Source: Terriglobia bacterium
GTDB lineage: Bacteria; Acidobacteriota; Terriglobia; Terriglobales; Acidobacteriaceae
Length of the DNA: 64,000 bases
Direction: 5' to 3'
Assembly: GCA_963809295.1 (NCBI GenBank)
Contig: CAWEJA010000013.1
Coordinates: 87,656-151,655 of the forward strand
The position numbers and the translations under genes were made by a program. The notes beneath the pieces were generated by a model. It was not told the origin of the DNA, did no database searches, and saw nothing but the letters and a program-made list of their open reading frames with translations. Below, in pieces: positions 18,811 to 28,153 of this stretch. Numbering within the stretch: the stretch's first letter is position 1; each line of letters begins with the position of its first letter.

Positions 18811-21288
18811 TCATTCCGTTCGTAGCGCGGTCAGGGGATCGATACCGGCAGCTCTCCGCGCCGGAATCACGCTTGCTAGCAGGGCCACCAGCACAACGCC
18901 CAGCACAGCTACCGCATAGGTCAACGCATCGGACGGTTTTATGCCATATAGCGCCGAAGCGAGCGCTCTCCCCACCAGAATTGCCAGCGGCACGCCAACC
19001 ACCACACCAATCGCGGTGAGAAGAAGACTGTCGCGCAGCACCATCCAAACCACCTGCCGCTGCTGCGCACCCACCGCCATGCGTACGCCAATTTCGACGG
19101 TGCGATTGTTCACGCGATAAGTAAGTGTGCCGTAGAGCCCTGTGGCCACGAGTACGACGGCTAGCAAACCGAAGAAGCCGGCCAGCCGTGCAAAGAGCAA
19201 CTGCTGTGAGATCGTTTTCTCATACTGCGCCCGTTGGGTCATCGGCTCTATCAGCGGCAGGTTCGGATCCATCTGTTGCACCACCTTGCGCGCAGCAGGC
19301 AGAATCGCCAGCGGCTCGCCATGGACACGCAGCTCGACATGCATCCCGCGTGTGACCGGAATCTGGGCGTACATGTACCAGGCCATCGGAATTGGCTCTT
19401 CATCGATGCTGCGGTATTTGTGGTCTTTAACCACCCCCACAATCGTCATCTGATATTTCCCATCGTCGGTGCCAATACGGTGCCCCAGGGGCTCCTGATT
19501 CGGCAGAAAACGTTTCGCGAACAACTCATTGATGATGCCAACGTGTGGCGAGGTTGCGGTATCGGAATCGGCAAAGTCGCGGCCTGCAAGCACGGGTACT
19601 CCCAGCGTATGAAAGAAATCCGGACCTACTACATTGCTGCGCACCCACCTTGACCTGCCGTTCGCATCCGGCAACTTGCCATCCACCATCATGTCGCCGT
19701 TGTTCGACCACGTCGACCCAAGGCGCTCCTCCATGATGGTCACCGATTCGACACCCGGCAGTACGCGCAGCTTGCTCATCAGTTCTTGATAAAACGCAAT
19801 ACCTTCGGGAACTGAGTGTATGTCTTGTGGATTCACACCGAAGACGACCAGCCCTTCTGTCGGAAAGCCCAGCGAAATATGCTGGAGGTTGCGCAGGGTG
19901 CGAATCAGCAGCCCTCCACCGACGAGCAGCACCACGCACAGCGCCATTTGCAGCGCAACAATAACCTTGCCTGCGCGTGTCTTGCCTGGGTCGGTATTCG
20001 AGGTTGCCTGAGATGTCTTTAACACCAGGCCTGGCCCGGCAGAGAGCGCGACCCGCAGGGGTGCCACTCCAAACAGGATCGCAGCCAGTATCAGGATGCT
20101 CAATGTGAAGAAGAGGACGGCGTTATCTGGCGCGAGGCTTGACTCAATCTGCGCCCATGCCTCCAGCGCCTTCGTCGCAGAGATGGCAAACAGCCAGGCC
20201 AGCCCGCCACCCAGAGAAACCAGCAGCAGGCTCTCCGTCAGCAACTGGCGGAACAACTCCCTGCGACCCGCGCCCAGAGCCAGACGCAACGAGAATTCGC
20301 GTTGCCGCGTTGCATTGCGAGACATCAGCAGCATCACTACGTTGCTGAGTGCGATCAGCAGGACAAGTCCTACCATCGCCATCAGCATCCGGAGTGGTTT
20401 GCCGTACTGCTCGTCGTAACCGGGAAAGTTCTTCGCATCCTGTACGCTCAGTACCGGCCGTTTCTCCCCGGGCTCGGGATTTCCAAGGCCGACATAGGCT
20501 GCAGCTTGAAATGTGGATTGCAGTTGCGCAACTGCCTGCGCTTTCGTCACCCCGGGAGCCAGACGTCCCAGCATCCGCAGGCACCACCAGGTAGCATTTT
20601 CACGATAGGTTCTGCCATCCTCCGGCGGATTACCCCACGCATTCAGCTCCGCACGGCTCTGCAATGGAATCCAGAAATCGGTCGAATGGCCCGCTTCCAC
20701 GCCTTCAAAGCCCTCTGCGGCAATGCCTACGATGGTGAGGGGTACGCCGTTCACGTAGAACGTTTTCCCCAGTACGTCCGGGCTCCGCGAGAACCGCCGC
20801 GTCCAGTAGTTGTGGCTGATCACGGCAATGGGTGCATGGCTGGTCTCGTCTTCCTCAGTAAACCCGCGACCTCGAGCCAGCTTCACCCCCAGCCCGAAAA
20901 AGAAGTTGCCGCTTACCATGTCGCCTTCTGCTTCCTCAGGCTGTGCCGCGAAACGTACGGCAACTTTGCCCGTGGACAGCGGTACGTAAGCCATTACGTG
21001 TGCCAAGGAGCCATGCTGCTCACGCAGCGCCTCGTAAACCGCATACGAGAAGGTTTCGTGCTTATCGATTGTTCCTGTCCTGTGAGGCTGGTCCGAAGTG
21101 CGTAAATAAACCACCCGATCCGGATCGGCCACCGGCAGGGACTTGAGCAACACGGCGTTCATTACGCTGAAGACAGCCGTATTCGCGCCGATGCCGAGCG
21201 CCAGAGTCAATATGCACACGAGGGTGAATCCTGGAGTCTTACGAAGCTGGCGAAGGGCATATCGCAGGTCATTCAAGGGAGTGGCCAT
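18811..21288 (-). CDS. ADOP-family ABC transporter permease (duplicated MacB/FtsX-like permease)
   Basis: About 825 aa. N-terminus MATPLNDLRYALRQLRKTPGFTLVCILTLALGIGANTAVFSV is typical of the acidobacterial duplicated orphan permease family. Two MacB-like periplasmic plus FtsX modules. ATG 21288 is preceded by GAGGTG (the ORF track starts 6 nt earlier at GTG). Confidence 0.92.
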   Translation of the reverse strand: MATPLNDLRYALRQLRKTPGFTLVCILTLALGIGANTAVFSVMNAVLLKSLPVADPDRVVYLRTSDQPHRTGTIDKHETFSYAVYEALREQHGSLAHVMAYVPLSTGKVAVRFAAQPEEAEGDMVSGNFFFGLGVKLARGRGFTEEDETSHAPIAVISHNYWTRRFSRSPDVLGKTFYVNGVPLTIVGIAAEGFEGVEAGHSTDFWIPLQSRAELNAWGNPPEDGRTYRENATWWCLRMLGRLAPGVTKAQAVAQLQSTFQAAAYVGLGNPEPGEKRPVLSVQDAKNFPGYDEQYGKPLRMLMAMVGLVLLIALSNVVMLLMSRNATRQREFSLRLALGAGRRELFRQLLTESLLLVSLGGGLAWLFAISATKALEAWAQIESSLAPDNAVLFFTLSILILAAILFGVAPLRVALSAGPGLVLKTSQATSNTDPGKTRAGKVIVALQMALCVVLLVGGGLLIRTLRNLQHISLGFPTEGLVVFGVNPQDIHSVPEGIAFYQELMSKLRVLPGVESVTIMEERLGSTWSNNGDMMVDGKLPDANGRSRWVRSNVVGPDFFHTLGVPVLAGRDFADSDTATSPHVGIINELFAKRFLPNQEPLGHRIGTDDGKYQMTIVGVVKDHKYRSIDEEPIPMAWYMYAQIPVTRGMHVELRVHGEPLAILPAARKVVQQMDPNLPLIEPMTQRAQYEKTISQQLLFARLAGFFGLLAVVLVATGLYGTLTYRVNNRTVEIGVRMAVGAQQRQVVWMVLRDSLLLTAIGVVVGVPLAILVGRALASALYGIKPSDALTYAVAVLGVVLVALLASVIPARRAAGIDPLTALRTE

Positions 21289-21621
21289 CAACACACCTCA
21301 TTGGTCGTTACGGAACGAAACAACTCATGGAAGCATCTGTCAAACCAAAGTTGCACCCACGTAAGTCATACAATGTGCAGATCCCGTCGATGAAAGCAGG
21401 TGCCCGCATTGTCCAAAATCGGACTAGCTTGTCCAAAAGAGGACACCATTCAGAATTGGTTCCGGCCGCCCAACCGCACAGTCCACGGAGCCGAGGAGGG
21501 GTGGATTTCGACCCGCAAACGCTCGGCAAGTGCTTGAAAATGATGCCCTGAGCACAATCCCATACCTCGGGCAACCACCCCACTTAAAATATTCTTCTCG
21601 CTCATTCGTCTACAAGGGTAG

Positions 21622-22209
21622 ATGGATCAGGCGCTGAGAAAACAGTGGCCGATGGCAGAACAGGATCAGCGGATCTCTGAAGCGATTTCTCGCGAGCGGC
21701 CGCGGCTGCGCAATTTCATACGCAAGCGTGTGGCGGATCGGGATGACGCGGAGGACATCCTGCAGGAGGTCTTCTACGAGCTCATCGAAGCCTATCGGAT
21801 GATGAAGCCCGTGGAGCAGGTTACGGCCTGGTTGTATCAGGTCGCCCGCAACCGGATTATCGATCTGTTCCGCAGAAAAGGCCGCGAGGCACAAGATAGT
21901 GAACCGGCGGCGGTCACTGAGGACGGTGAGGCACTCTTGTTGGAGGACTTGCTTCCCTCCCCCGATGCTGGACCAGAGGCAGCCTACGCTCGCAGCGTGC
22001 TGCTCGAGGAACTGGAAGACGCACTGGACGAGTTGCCGCAGGAGCAGCGAGAAGTGTTCATCGCTCACGAACTGTTTGGTTACACGTTCAAGGAGCTGTC
22101 AGCCCAATCCGGCGTCAGCGTGAACACACTGCTTTCGCGCAAGCACTATGCAGTCCTGCACTTGCGCCGGCGACTCCAGGCCATCTACGACGAATTCATG
22201 AAAGCATGA
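21622..22209 (+). CDS. ECF-type RNA polymerase sigma-70 family factor
   Basis: 195 aa. Region 2 reads DAEDILQEVFYELIEAY / WLYQVARNRIIDLFRRK; region 4 reads LPEQQREVFIAHELFGYTFKELSAQSGVSVNTLLSRKHYAV. Confidence 0.9.
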   Translation: MDQALRKQWPMAEQDQRISEAISRERPRLRNFIRKRVADRDDAEDILQEVFYELIEAYRMMKPVEQVTAWLYQVARNRIIDLFRRKGREAQDSEPAAVTEDGEALLLEDLLPSPDAGPEAAYARSVLLEELEDALDELPQEQREVFIAHELFGYTFKELSAQSGVSVNTLLSRKHYAVLHLRRRLQAIYDEFMKA

Positions 22210-22559
22210 GGGCAGGAAAGATGAAAACAAATCGAGTTCTAAGAGGACTGAAGTTCGTGCTGTTTGCCGTAGTGTTCGCCGCTGTCTTCGGCTGGGTGGT
22301 CATGAGCCTGTGGAATTGGCTCACGCCGGCCCTGTTCGGCTGGCATGTCATTACTTACTGGCAGGCGCTCGGTCTCTTGATCCTGTGCAAGATCCTGTTC
22401 GGCGGTTTCCGCGGCCGACCCGGACACCATATGTACTGGCGCCGCCGGATGATGGAGCGCTGGGAGCAGATGACACCCGAGGAGCGTGAGAAGTTTCGTC
22501 AATCCATGCGCTCTCACTGCGGTCCGTTTGGAGCACCCACCGTGGAGCACAAAGCCTGA
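22206..22559 (+). CDS. Small membrane protein co-transcribed with the ECF sigma factor (possible anti-sigma partner)
   Basis: 117 aa; the start overlaps the sigma stop (ATGA), with an alternative ATG at 22221. Two TM helices, then the basic tail GGFRGRPGHHMYWRRRMMERWEQMTPEEREKF. Confidence 0.68.
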   Translation: MRAGKMKTNRVLRGLKFVLFAVVFAAVFGWVVMSLWNWLTPALFGWHVITYWQALGLLILCKILFGGFRGRPGHHMYWRRRMMERWEQMTPEEREKFRQSMRSHCGPFGAPTVEHKA

Positions 22560-22692
22560 ACGGCGGGAGATCCAGAGGCGGGAGGGATTTCCTTTCCTAA
22601 TTTTCCTGTATTCGCTTTTCATTCGCCTATAATAAACCAGCCGAACTGGTATGCCCTGGCGATGGGCACGATCCGGTTCCAGGAGGCCAACC

Positions 22693-23013
22693 ATGCTGAA
22701 GGTGACTGTTGAAGATTTGGGTGGGGTCGTGATTCTGCGTTGCTTGGGCAGAATTGTTCGTGGTACCGAAACCGCCATCTTATGCGCAGCGCTTCGGCAG
22801 CATGGACGCAACATCATCCTTGATCTCGGCAAGGTCGATGCCATTGATGCGGCTGGAATCGGTGTCCTAATTTCGCTGCAGGCTGCTGGGACCTATCTCA
22901 AGCTGATGGATCCCAACGAGCAGGTGCGTGAGGTTCTGAGAGTCACCGAACTGGAGTCCATCTTCGAGATCTGCGAAGCGCAAACTGCGAACGATGTCTT
23001 GACGAGTGCATAG
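22693..23013 (+). CDS. STAS domain protein (anti-sigma factor antagonist-like)
   Basis: 106 aa from ATG 22693 (AGGAGG upstream). SpoIIAA-like IILDLGKVDAIDAAGIGVLISLQ; the usually phosphorylatable Ser position reads Ala (DAAGIG). Confidence 0.85.
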   Translation: MLKVTVEDLGGVVILRCLGRIVRGTETAILCAALRQHGRNIILDLGKVDAIDAAGIGVLISLQAAGTYLKLMDPNEQVREVLRVTELESIFEICEAQTANDVLTSA

Positions 23014-23107
23014 CAGTCTGGCGTCGTAAGGCCCACCAGCGACCCGCGGCAGTTAAGCTTTTCCGTGCTCGCCCTTTGGACCTTACGCGGCACGCTCGTT
23101 CCTAAGC

Positions 23108-23494
23108 TCAGAGGCGATGTGCTCGATTTGCTGCTGTTGTGCTGTCCCCACGTTGCCGCCCCCGAGCGGTGGAGACGGAAGTCTTTGGAAGGTCGACTTT
23201 TTGCAGAGTCGAGCTCACGACATCAAACGTTTTCACCTGGGGAGTCCCTGCCAATATTTTTTTCAGAATCTCCAACACTTCCGGGTAACCGGTTGAATTG
23301 TAAACTCGTGCGTTCTCCTCCTGATCCCAGAAGCTAATCGACACGATTTCGCTGCCGCCAGGAGTAGCTAACGTGATCGCATCCAGGAAGCCTTTTTGCT
23401 TTCGGAGCCAGGGAAGGATTTCACCGTCCATGACGCTTGTAAATTCGGCTAACGTGCCCGGTCTCAATTTGACGTTGACGTGGCGAGCGAACAT
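23108..23494 (-). CDS. ABM / Dabb-fold (antibiotic biosynthesis monooxygenase-like) protein
   Basis: 128 aa from ATG 23494 (AGGAGG upstream). The pattern MFARHVNVKLRPGTLAEF..GFLDAITLATPGGSEIVSISFWDQEENA resembles the ABM fold; the assignment is tentative. Confidence 0.6.
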   Translation of the reverse strand: MFARHVNVKLRPGTLAEFTSVMDGEILPWLRKQKGFLDAITLATPGGSEIVSISFWDQEENARVYNSTGYPEVLEILKKILAGTPQVKTFDVVSSTLQKVDLPKTSVSTARGRQRGDSTTAANRAHRL

Positions 23495-24049
23495 TTCCCC
23501 CCTCCTTTTGGGATTGCTGGGGGCAAAAAAAGGAGCAATCTCAAGCCGGGCCGACTGGACGGTACGCTCCATGTCGGAAGGGCTCTAACAAAACCGGATT
23601 ATAGGCGAATCGGGTCGCTTATGGATTGCCGGCGAAACGTCGCCGTTACACTCATTGAACTGGTTGTGAGCGTAATCGCCTGATCTATAAGAGGGGATGT
23701 CAAGAACATTCTTGTCCTTCGACCGGAAGTGGAGAGAGCTTGCTTGACTTCCAGCCCCTGGCCCCCAGATGGAGGCGTTTGGTTTCGCTTTGTTGCCCTC
23801 TAGTATTGCGTCAGGTGTTGCCTTGTTCCATCTCGGTTCCATCTTTTAGTTGGTAGCGACGCCGCCGATGTCCTGAGACTGGCAAGCCATGTGGTTGTGC
23901 GGTGTGGCAACCATGGATCTATCTGAGGCTCGGGGCCTAGTGCTTTTTCGGGTTGTCCGAGAGGGCATAGGGATTTCACGGAGGCTAAGTGCCAACGGCA
24001 CTTTGTGCGCCTACAGGCGATTGGGATGCTCACCCTCGAACCCAAGCGT

Positions 24050-25480
24050 CTCAAGAACCGACTGGCCACCACCAGAGAAAAGCACCGGAGATGGGAGGGT
24101 TCTTCACCGAGACGCTCAAGCGGCTTGCGACTTCAGTTTCTCAGCGTCGAAGTTTTCTCCCTTCTTCCACAGAGTTAACGTAATGGCCGCAATCTTGCGC
24201 GCCAGCGTGAGCCGTACCATGGTGGGCTTGATGCCTTTGGCCAGCGAGCGCTGGTAAAAATCCTGGAATGGTCCGGGCTGCAGACTCGCCGTGGTGGCGG
24301 CAGCTTTGAACAGACCTTTTAGATCATGGTTGTGATCTTTGTTCAAGCCGCGAATGGACACCTGCTTTTTGCGGCGTCGCGGTTGGCCTTGCACGTAGCG
24401 GTATTCCCCGCTGTCGCGGGTTTCCAATCCCAGTCCGCTGTAGGTCCAGAGTTGTCGCTTGGTGCGAAACCGATGCGGGGTCTGGATCAGAGCCACCACC
24501 AAAGCGGAGCGAATCGGTCCCAAGGAGGGAATCTGCCGCAGTTTGGCGGTGATCGTATGCTTGCGACTCTCTGCCAGCAGTTCTCGTCGGGCTTGCTGGC
24601 GCAAGTGCTGCAGCATGTCCAGTTGCTGATAAAGTTGCTCGGCTCGGCGGCGAGTGCCGGCCTCTGGAATTTTTCCCAGCCACTCACTGCGGTGGCGGAT
24701 ATAGTAGACGTCCCGTCCGGCACAGGGGATCGCCCAGCTGCGATAGAGGGCTTTCAGGCGATTCATGACCCGGGAAAGATCTTTGACGATGGTCAGATAA
24801 CTTCGGGCTAGTTCCCGCAGCATGCGTATCCCGGTCTCGCCGTGATAAACCGGCTCGAGATCATTGAGCCGCAACAGGTCAGCAAGTTTGCGGGCATCGA
24901 TACGGTCACTCTTGTTTCCATGCTTGAGCAGAGCGTTCTTGCGCGGGTTGCACACCACTAACTTGGCAACATGCGGCTTGAGCAGATCGTAGAGCCAGGC
25001 CGCCCAGGTGCCTTCTTCGAAGGTCACCCACAAAGTTCCGCGCAGTCCCGCCAAGAACTCGAGAATGGTGGACGCTTTCGTTTCCAGGATGGATTCCATG
25101 ACTACCTTGCCCCTGGGATCCATCACCGCTACTGAGATCGTTGCTTGATGAACGTCGAGCCCAATATACTTTTCGCTGTTCACGAGGGTGCTCCTTTCGT
25201 AGGTCATGATGTGAACGATCACAACCTACTCCTCAAGCGGCGCCCTCTTATAATGCGATTACAACAGTTACTTCCGAGTCGCCCGTCATCCAGACGGGAT
25301 CATCTACAGACCGAAGAGTTGTTCATAAAGACTGCTTTCGGCAGCTTTTTAGACTAGTTCACCCAGAGTAGAGGACATTACATCGGTGAAAAGAGGGGCA
25401 TGATTTAAACTACGTTGTAACGGGATTGATCCGGGCCGCAACGCCCCATGTCTGATCTGTCGATAGTGATCGACGAGACC
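24050..25480 (-). mobile_element. IS110-family insertion sequence (intact transposase; ends not resolved)
   Basis: Single-copy element in this window. The transposase CDS is flanked by about 300 nt of non-coding sequence on its 5' side and a short 3' tail. Boundaries are estimates from typical family size only. Confidence 0.6.
24116..25183 (-). CDS. IS110 family transposase (DEDD recombinase)
   Basis: 355 aa from GTG 25183 (AAAGGAG 7 nt upstream; the ORF track extends to 25222). N-terminal YIGLDVHQATISVAV and SDRIDARKLADLLR; C-terminal LRQIPSLGPIRSALVVALIQTPHRFRTKRQLWTYSGLGLETRDSG. Confidence 0.92.
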   Translation of the reverse strand: MNSEKYIGLDVHQATISVAVMDPRGKVVMESILETKASTILEFLAGLRGTLWVTFEEGTWAAWLYDLLKPHVAKLVVCNPRKNALLKHGNKSDRIDARKLADLLRLNDLEPVYHGETGIRMLRELARSYLTIVKDLSRVMNRLKALYRSWAIPCAGRDVYYIRHRSEWLGKIPEAGTRRRAEQLYQQLDMLQHLRQQARRELLAESRKHTITAKLRQIPSLGPIRSALVVALIQTPHRFRTKRQLWTYSGLGLETRDSGEYRYVQGQPRRRKKQVSIRGLNKDHNHDLKGLFKAAATTASLQPGPFQDFYQRSLAKGIKPTMVRLTLARKIAAITLTLWKKGENFDAEKLKSQAA

Positions 25481-25541
25481 TTGTGCGACATTGCCTGCGC
25501 GTTCAGCTGGCCACTGTCTATGGCCAAGAGGGGTTATTGTA

Positions 25542-26618
25542 GTGGAACCATTTCGGATTCACGTCGCGGATGAGGTGCTCAATGATTTGCGGGCACGGTT
25601 GCGCCAAACAAGATGGCCCGACCAGATACCCGGTATAGGCTGGGAACAGGGCACCGAGTTGGACTGGTTACGACGCCTCGTGTCCTACTGGGCCCACGAG
25701 TTCGACTGGCATGGCTGGGAGCGAAGGCTCAACGCGTTCAACCACTTCACCTGGGAGGGCATCCACTTTGTGTACCAGCGTGCGGCATCAGGTAGGGGTG
25801 TGCCGCTCATTCTCACGCACGGCTGGCCCAGCAGTTTCCTCGATTACGTGGACATGCTGCCGATGCTCGAGCACTTCGACGTGGTCGTACCCTCCCTGCC
25901 GGGGTATGGTTTCTCGCCGCGTCCACCCAAGGTCGGCATCAACTACCGGTACGTCTCGGAGCGCTGGCACCGGCTCATGTCTGAGCTTGGGTATTCCCGC
26001 TATGGTGCGAGCGGTTATGACTTTGGGGCCGGGGTGACGACGATCCTTGCGCTAGACCATCCCGAGTCGGTGATCGGGATCCATCTCACCACACTGGAGT
26101 CGGATCTCGCCCCCGTGGTGGACGATACGGAGCTGTCCGATGTCGAGCGTTCGTACCTTGCGGTGAGCCGGGGCTGGGATACGACGGAGCGGGGCTACAG
26201 CGCGATCCAGTCCACCAAGCCGCAGACTGTCGGCTATGGACTCAACGACTCCCCGGCAGGGCTCGCGGCATACGTGGGTGAGAAGTGGCACTCGTGGAGC
26301 GACGTTACGCCGACCGACGACTTCCTCTGCGCCACGCTCACCCTGTACTGGATCACGCAGAGCATCACTTCGTCGATGCGCGACTATTGGGACAATCGCT
26401 GGCACCCGGTCGATCCCGCCTACGTCAGCACGCCCACGGCGTTTGGTGTTTTCGCGCACCAGACCGTTCCCGAGGGCGAACTGCCGCGCTCGTATTTGGA
26501 GCGCTTATACAACATCCAGCGCTGGACAGTCTTTCCGCGCGGCGGGCACTTCGCCCCGGCTGAGGAACCAGCGGCGGTCGCAGGGGACCTGACCGCCTTC
26601 TTCCGTGGCCTAAGCTGA
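25542..26618 (+). CDS. Epoxide hydrolase (alpha/beta hydrolase with EHN N-terminal domain)
   Basis: 358 aa from GTG 25542. FRIHVADEVLNDLRARLRQTRWP (EHN), HGWP oxyanion motif (LTHGWPSSF), nucleophile elbow GYDFG. Confidence 0.9.
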   Translation: MEPFRIHVADEVLNDLRARLRQTRWPDQIPGIGWEQGTELDWLRRLVSYWAHEFDWHGWERRLNAFNHFTWEGIHFVYQRAASGRGVPLILTHGWPSSFLDYVDMLPMLEHFDVVVPSLPGYGFSPRPPKVGINYRYVSERWHRLMSELGYSRYGASGYDFGAGVTTILALDHPESVIGIHLTTLESDLAPVVDDTELSDVERSYLAVSRGWDTTERGYSAIQSTKPQTVGYGLNDSPAGLAAYVGEKWHSWSDVTPTDDFLCATLTLYWITQSITSSMRDYWDNRWHPVDPAYVSTPTAFGVFAHQTVPEGELPRSYLERLYNIQRWTVFPRGGHFAPAEEPAAVAGDLTAFFRGLS

Positions 26619-26778
26619 GGCCATGCTGACAATCCGCACTTCCAAATGCAACACGATAATAAGAAGCCGTCCTCAGCTCTTTTTCTTTGGCTTCATAATC
26701 CAAACGGTTGGATGGTCGGCAGCTCGGAAGCTATCCCAGTAGGTCGTTGTTGAAACATCGCGTCTCTGACAATGTCGG

Positions 26779-26992
26779 TCCCGTCAAGCACTTTTGGAGC
26801 GCACTAATCCGTGCACTCCGAAGAGAGCGCCATTTCGCTCTCGTTGAAGATGTGCCATACCAACCCCAAGGCTCGCTCGTAATCGGTTTCAGGTCAGGAA
26901 CTCAGTCCGACCCATGCATCTCTTCGGTCACAACCTCGATCATGATTACTACTTCAAACTCCCCCGTGAAGGGGAGCGGGATACCCAATCAA
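26779..26992 (-). ncRNA. Candidate IS1111-type guide (bridge/seek) RNA region, copy 1
   Basis: Non-coding stretch between the transposase stop and the subterminal repeat. It forms hairpins CTCCCC/GGGGAG (26959-26976), GAGAGCG/CGCTCTC (26823-26842) and a 9-bp stem at 26796-26819 whose only non-Watson-Crick pair is G.U in minus-sense RNA. It is conserved in copy 2 with a compensatory change. Confidence 0.4.
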
Positions 26993-28060
26993 TTACTCGG
27001 TGTTTAAGCGCACACCATCGCGATGTCCGGGTTGTCCCGCGTGCGAACCGAACTTTTTCAACTGCTCGTAATTCCATCCTTTCCGCATCATCCAGTACAT
27101 CCGAACCGCGAGTCTGCGGGCCATGGCGACCTTGGCGATCTTCCGCCCCCGCCGCATCGCCAGGTGGAAATACTTACTGCGCCATTCCGGGACGCTGCGT
27201 ACTGTGACCTGCGCCGCTTCCACCAACAAGAAACGCAACAGAGAGTTGCCTTGTTTGGTGATATGTCCCAGCCGTCGCCGATTCCCACTCGAGTCCTCCA
27301 ACGGCACCAGTCCCAGATAGCTCGCGATCTGCTTCCCACACTGAAATCGTTCTGCTCGGCCGATGATCAATACGAAAGCCAGTGCGGTCAGCGGACCCAC
27401 TCCGGGATGCGTCATCAAGCGCTGTGCCTCGGGACACTTCTCCGCTTCCTGCTCGACCGCCTGACGTCAGCTCGGCGATCGTCGGGTTCAGTCGATCCAG
27501 CAACTCCAGCAGATCGTGCCGCCGCCGGCTCGCCCACGGCGCTAACCGGAACGACTCCAGTTGCTCGCGTCCCTGCTCCCGCCACAATCTCTTCTTGCAG
27601 CGTAGGCCTTCGTTCAGCGCTACCGCCTGCAACTGGTTCATGATCCGCGTCCGCGCCTGCACCATCCGGTGCCGGTGCCACAGCAGTTGCCGCAGATCCC
27701 GATTCTCCCAGCTCGGTACCCAGATCCGCGGAAAGCGATCTTCCAGCATCAATTGCAGAATCAGCTGCGCATCCTGGCGATCCGTCTTCTGCTTGCGTAC
27801 TCGCTTCGTACGGATCTCGGCTGCGTCTCCGATCCACAGCTCAAACTGCAACTCGGCGAGCAATCGTTCAAACCAGCGCGCATGCCCACTGGCTTCCATC
27901 CCCACACGTACCCTCATTCCCTGTGCCGCGAGATCACGATAGAACTTCTCCGCTTCCTCACGGTGCTGCCAGTCGCCGCTCTTGCAGTTCCCCGGTGTCG
28001 GTATCCACAAACGCAATTTGTTGGAAGCCCGGGTGGTAATCACATCCTATAATGATCATG
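26993..28060 (-). pseudogene. IS110/IS1111-family transposase, two frameshifts
   Basis: ATG 28060 (AAGGAG upstream) gives MIIIGCDYHPGFQQIAFVDTDTGELQERRL. The frame is lost near 27965 (extra G), resumes with HREEAEKFYRDLAAQGMRVRVGMEASGHARWF.., is lost again near 27468 (copy 1 has 1 nt more than copy 2), then continues MTHPGVGPLTALAFVLIIG..GSHAGQPGHRDGVRLNTE. Confidence 0.85.
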
Positions 28061-28153
28061 TTCGGCTCCTTTCTCCCGAGCCTTTTGGTTGGTTGGCACC
28101 ACCAAAGTTTACTCGGGCGTCGGGAGCCGACATTGTCATGGAATCAATTACAC

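Noticed and set aside
21308-21583. 91-aa minus-strand ORF upstream of the ADOP permease considered as the PadR-type regulator that often precedes such genes
   Set aside because: The translation (MGWLPEVWDCAQGIIFKHLPSVCGSK..) has no winged-helix PadR pattern. It is Cys/Trp-rich and not protein-like, so the region is treated as non-coding.
23573-24115. ORFs 23585-23842(-), 23800-24072(-) and 23889-24257(+) downstream of the IS110 transposase
   Set aside because: The translations are not protein-like and the ORFs overlap one another and the transposase 3' end. The region has several short hairpins but nothing I can assign; it may be the IS 3' end plus a remnant.
24113-25242. 10-nt direct repeat CTCAAGCGGC at 24113-24122 and 25233-25242 considered as IS110 end or target duplication
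   Set aside because: One copy overlaps the transposase stop codon and the other lies only about 50 nt upstream of the start, which would leave no room for element ends. A single 10-nt match in regions of this size is not far from chance.
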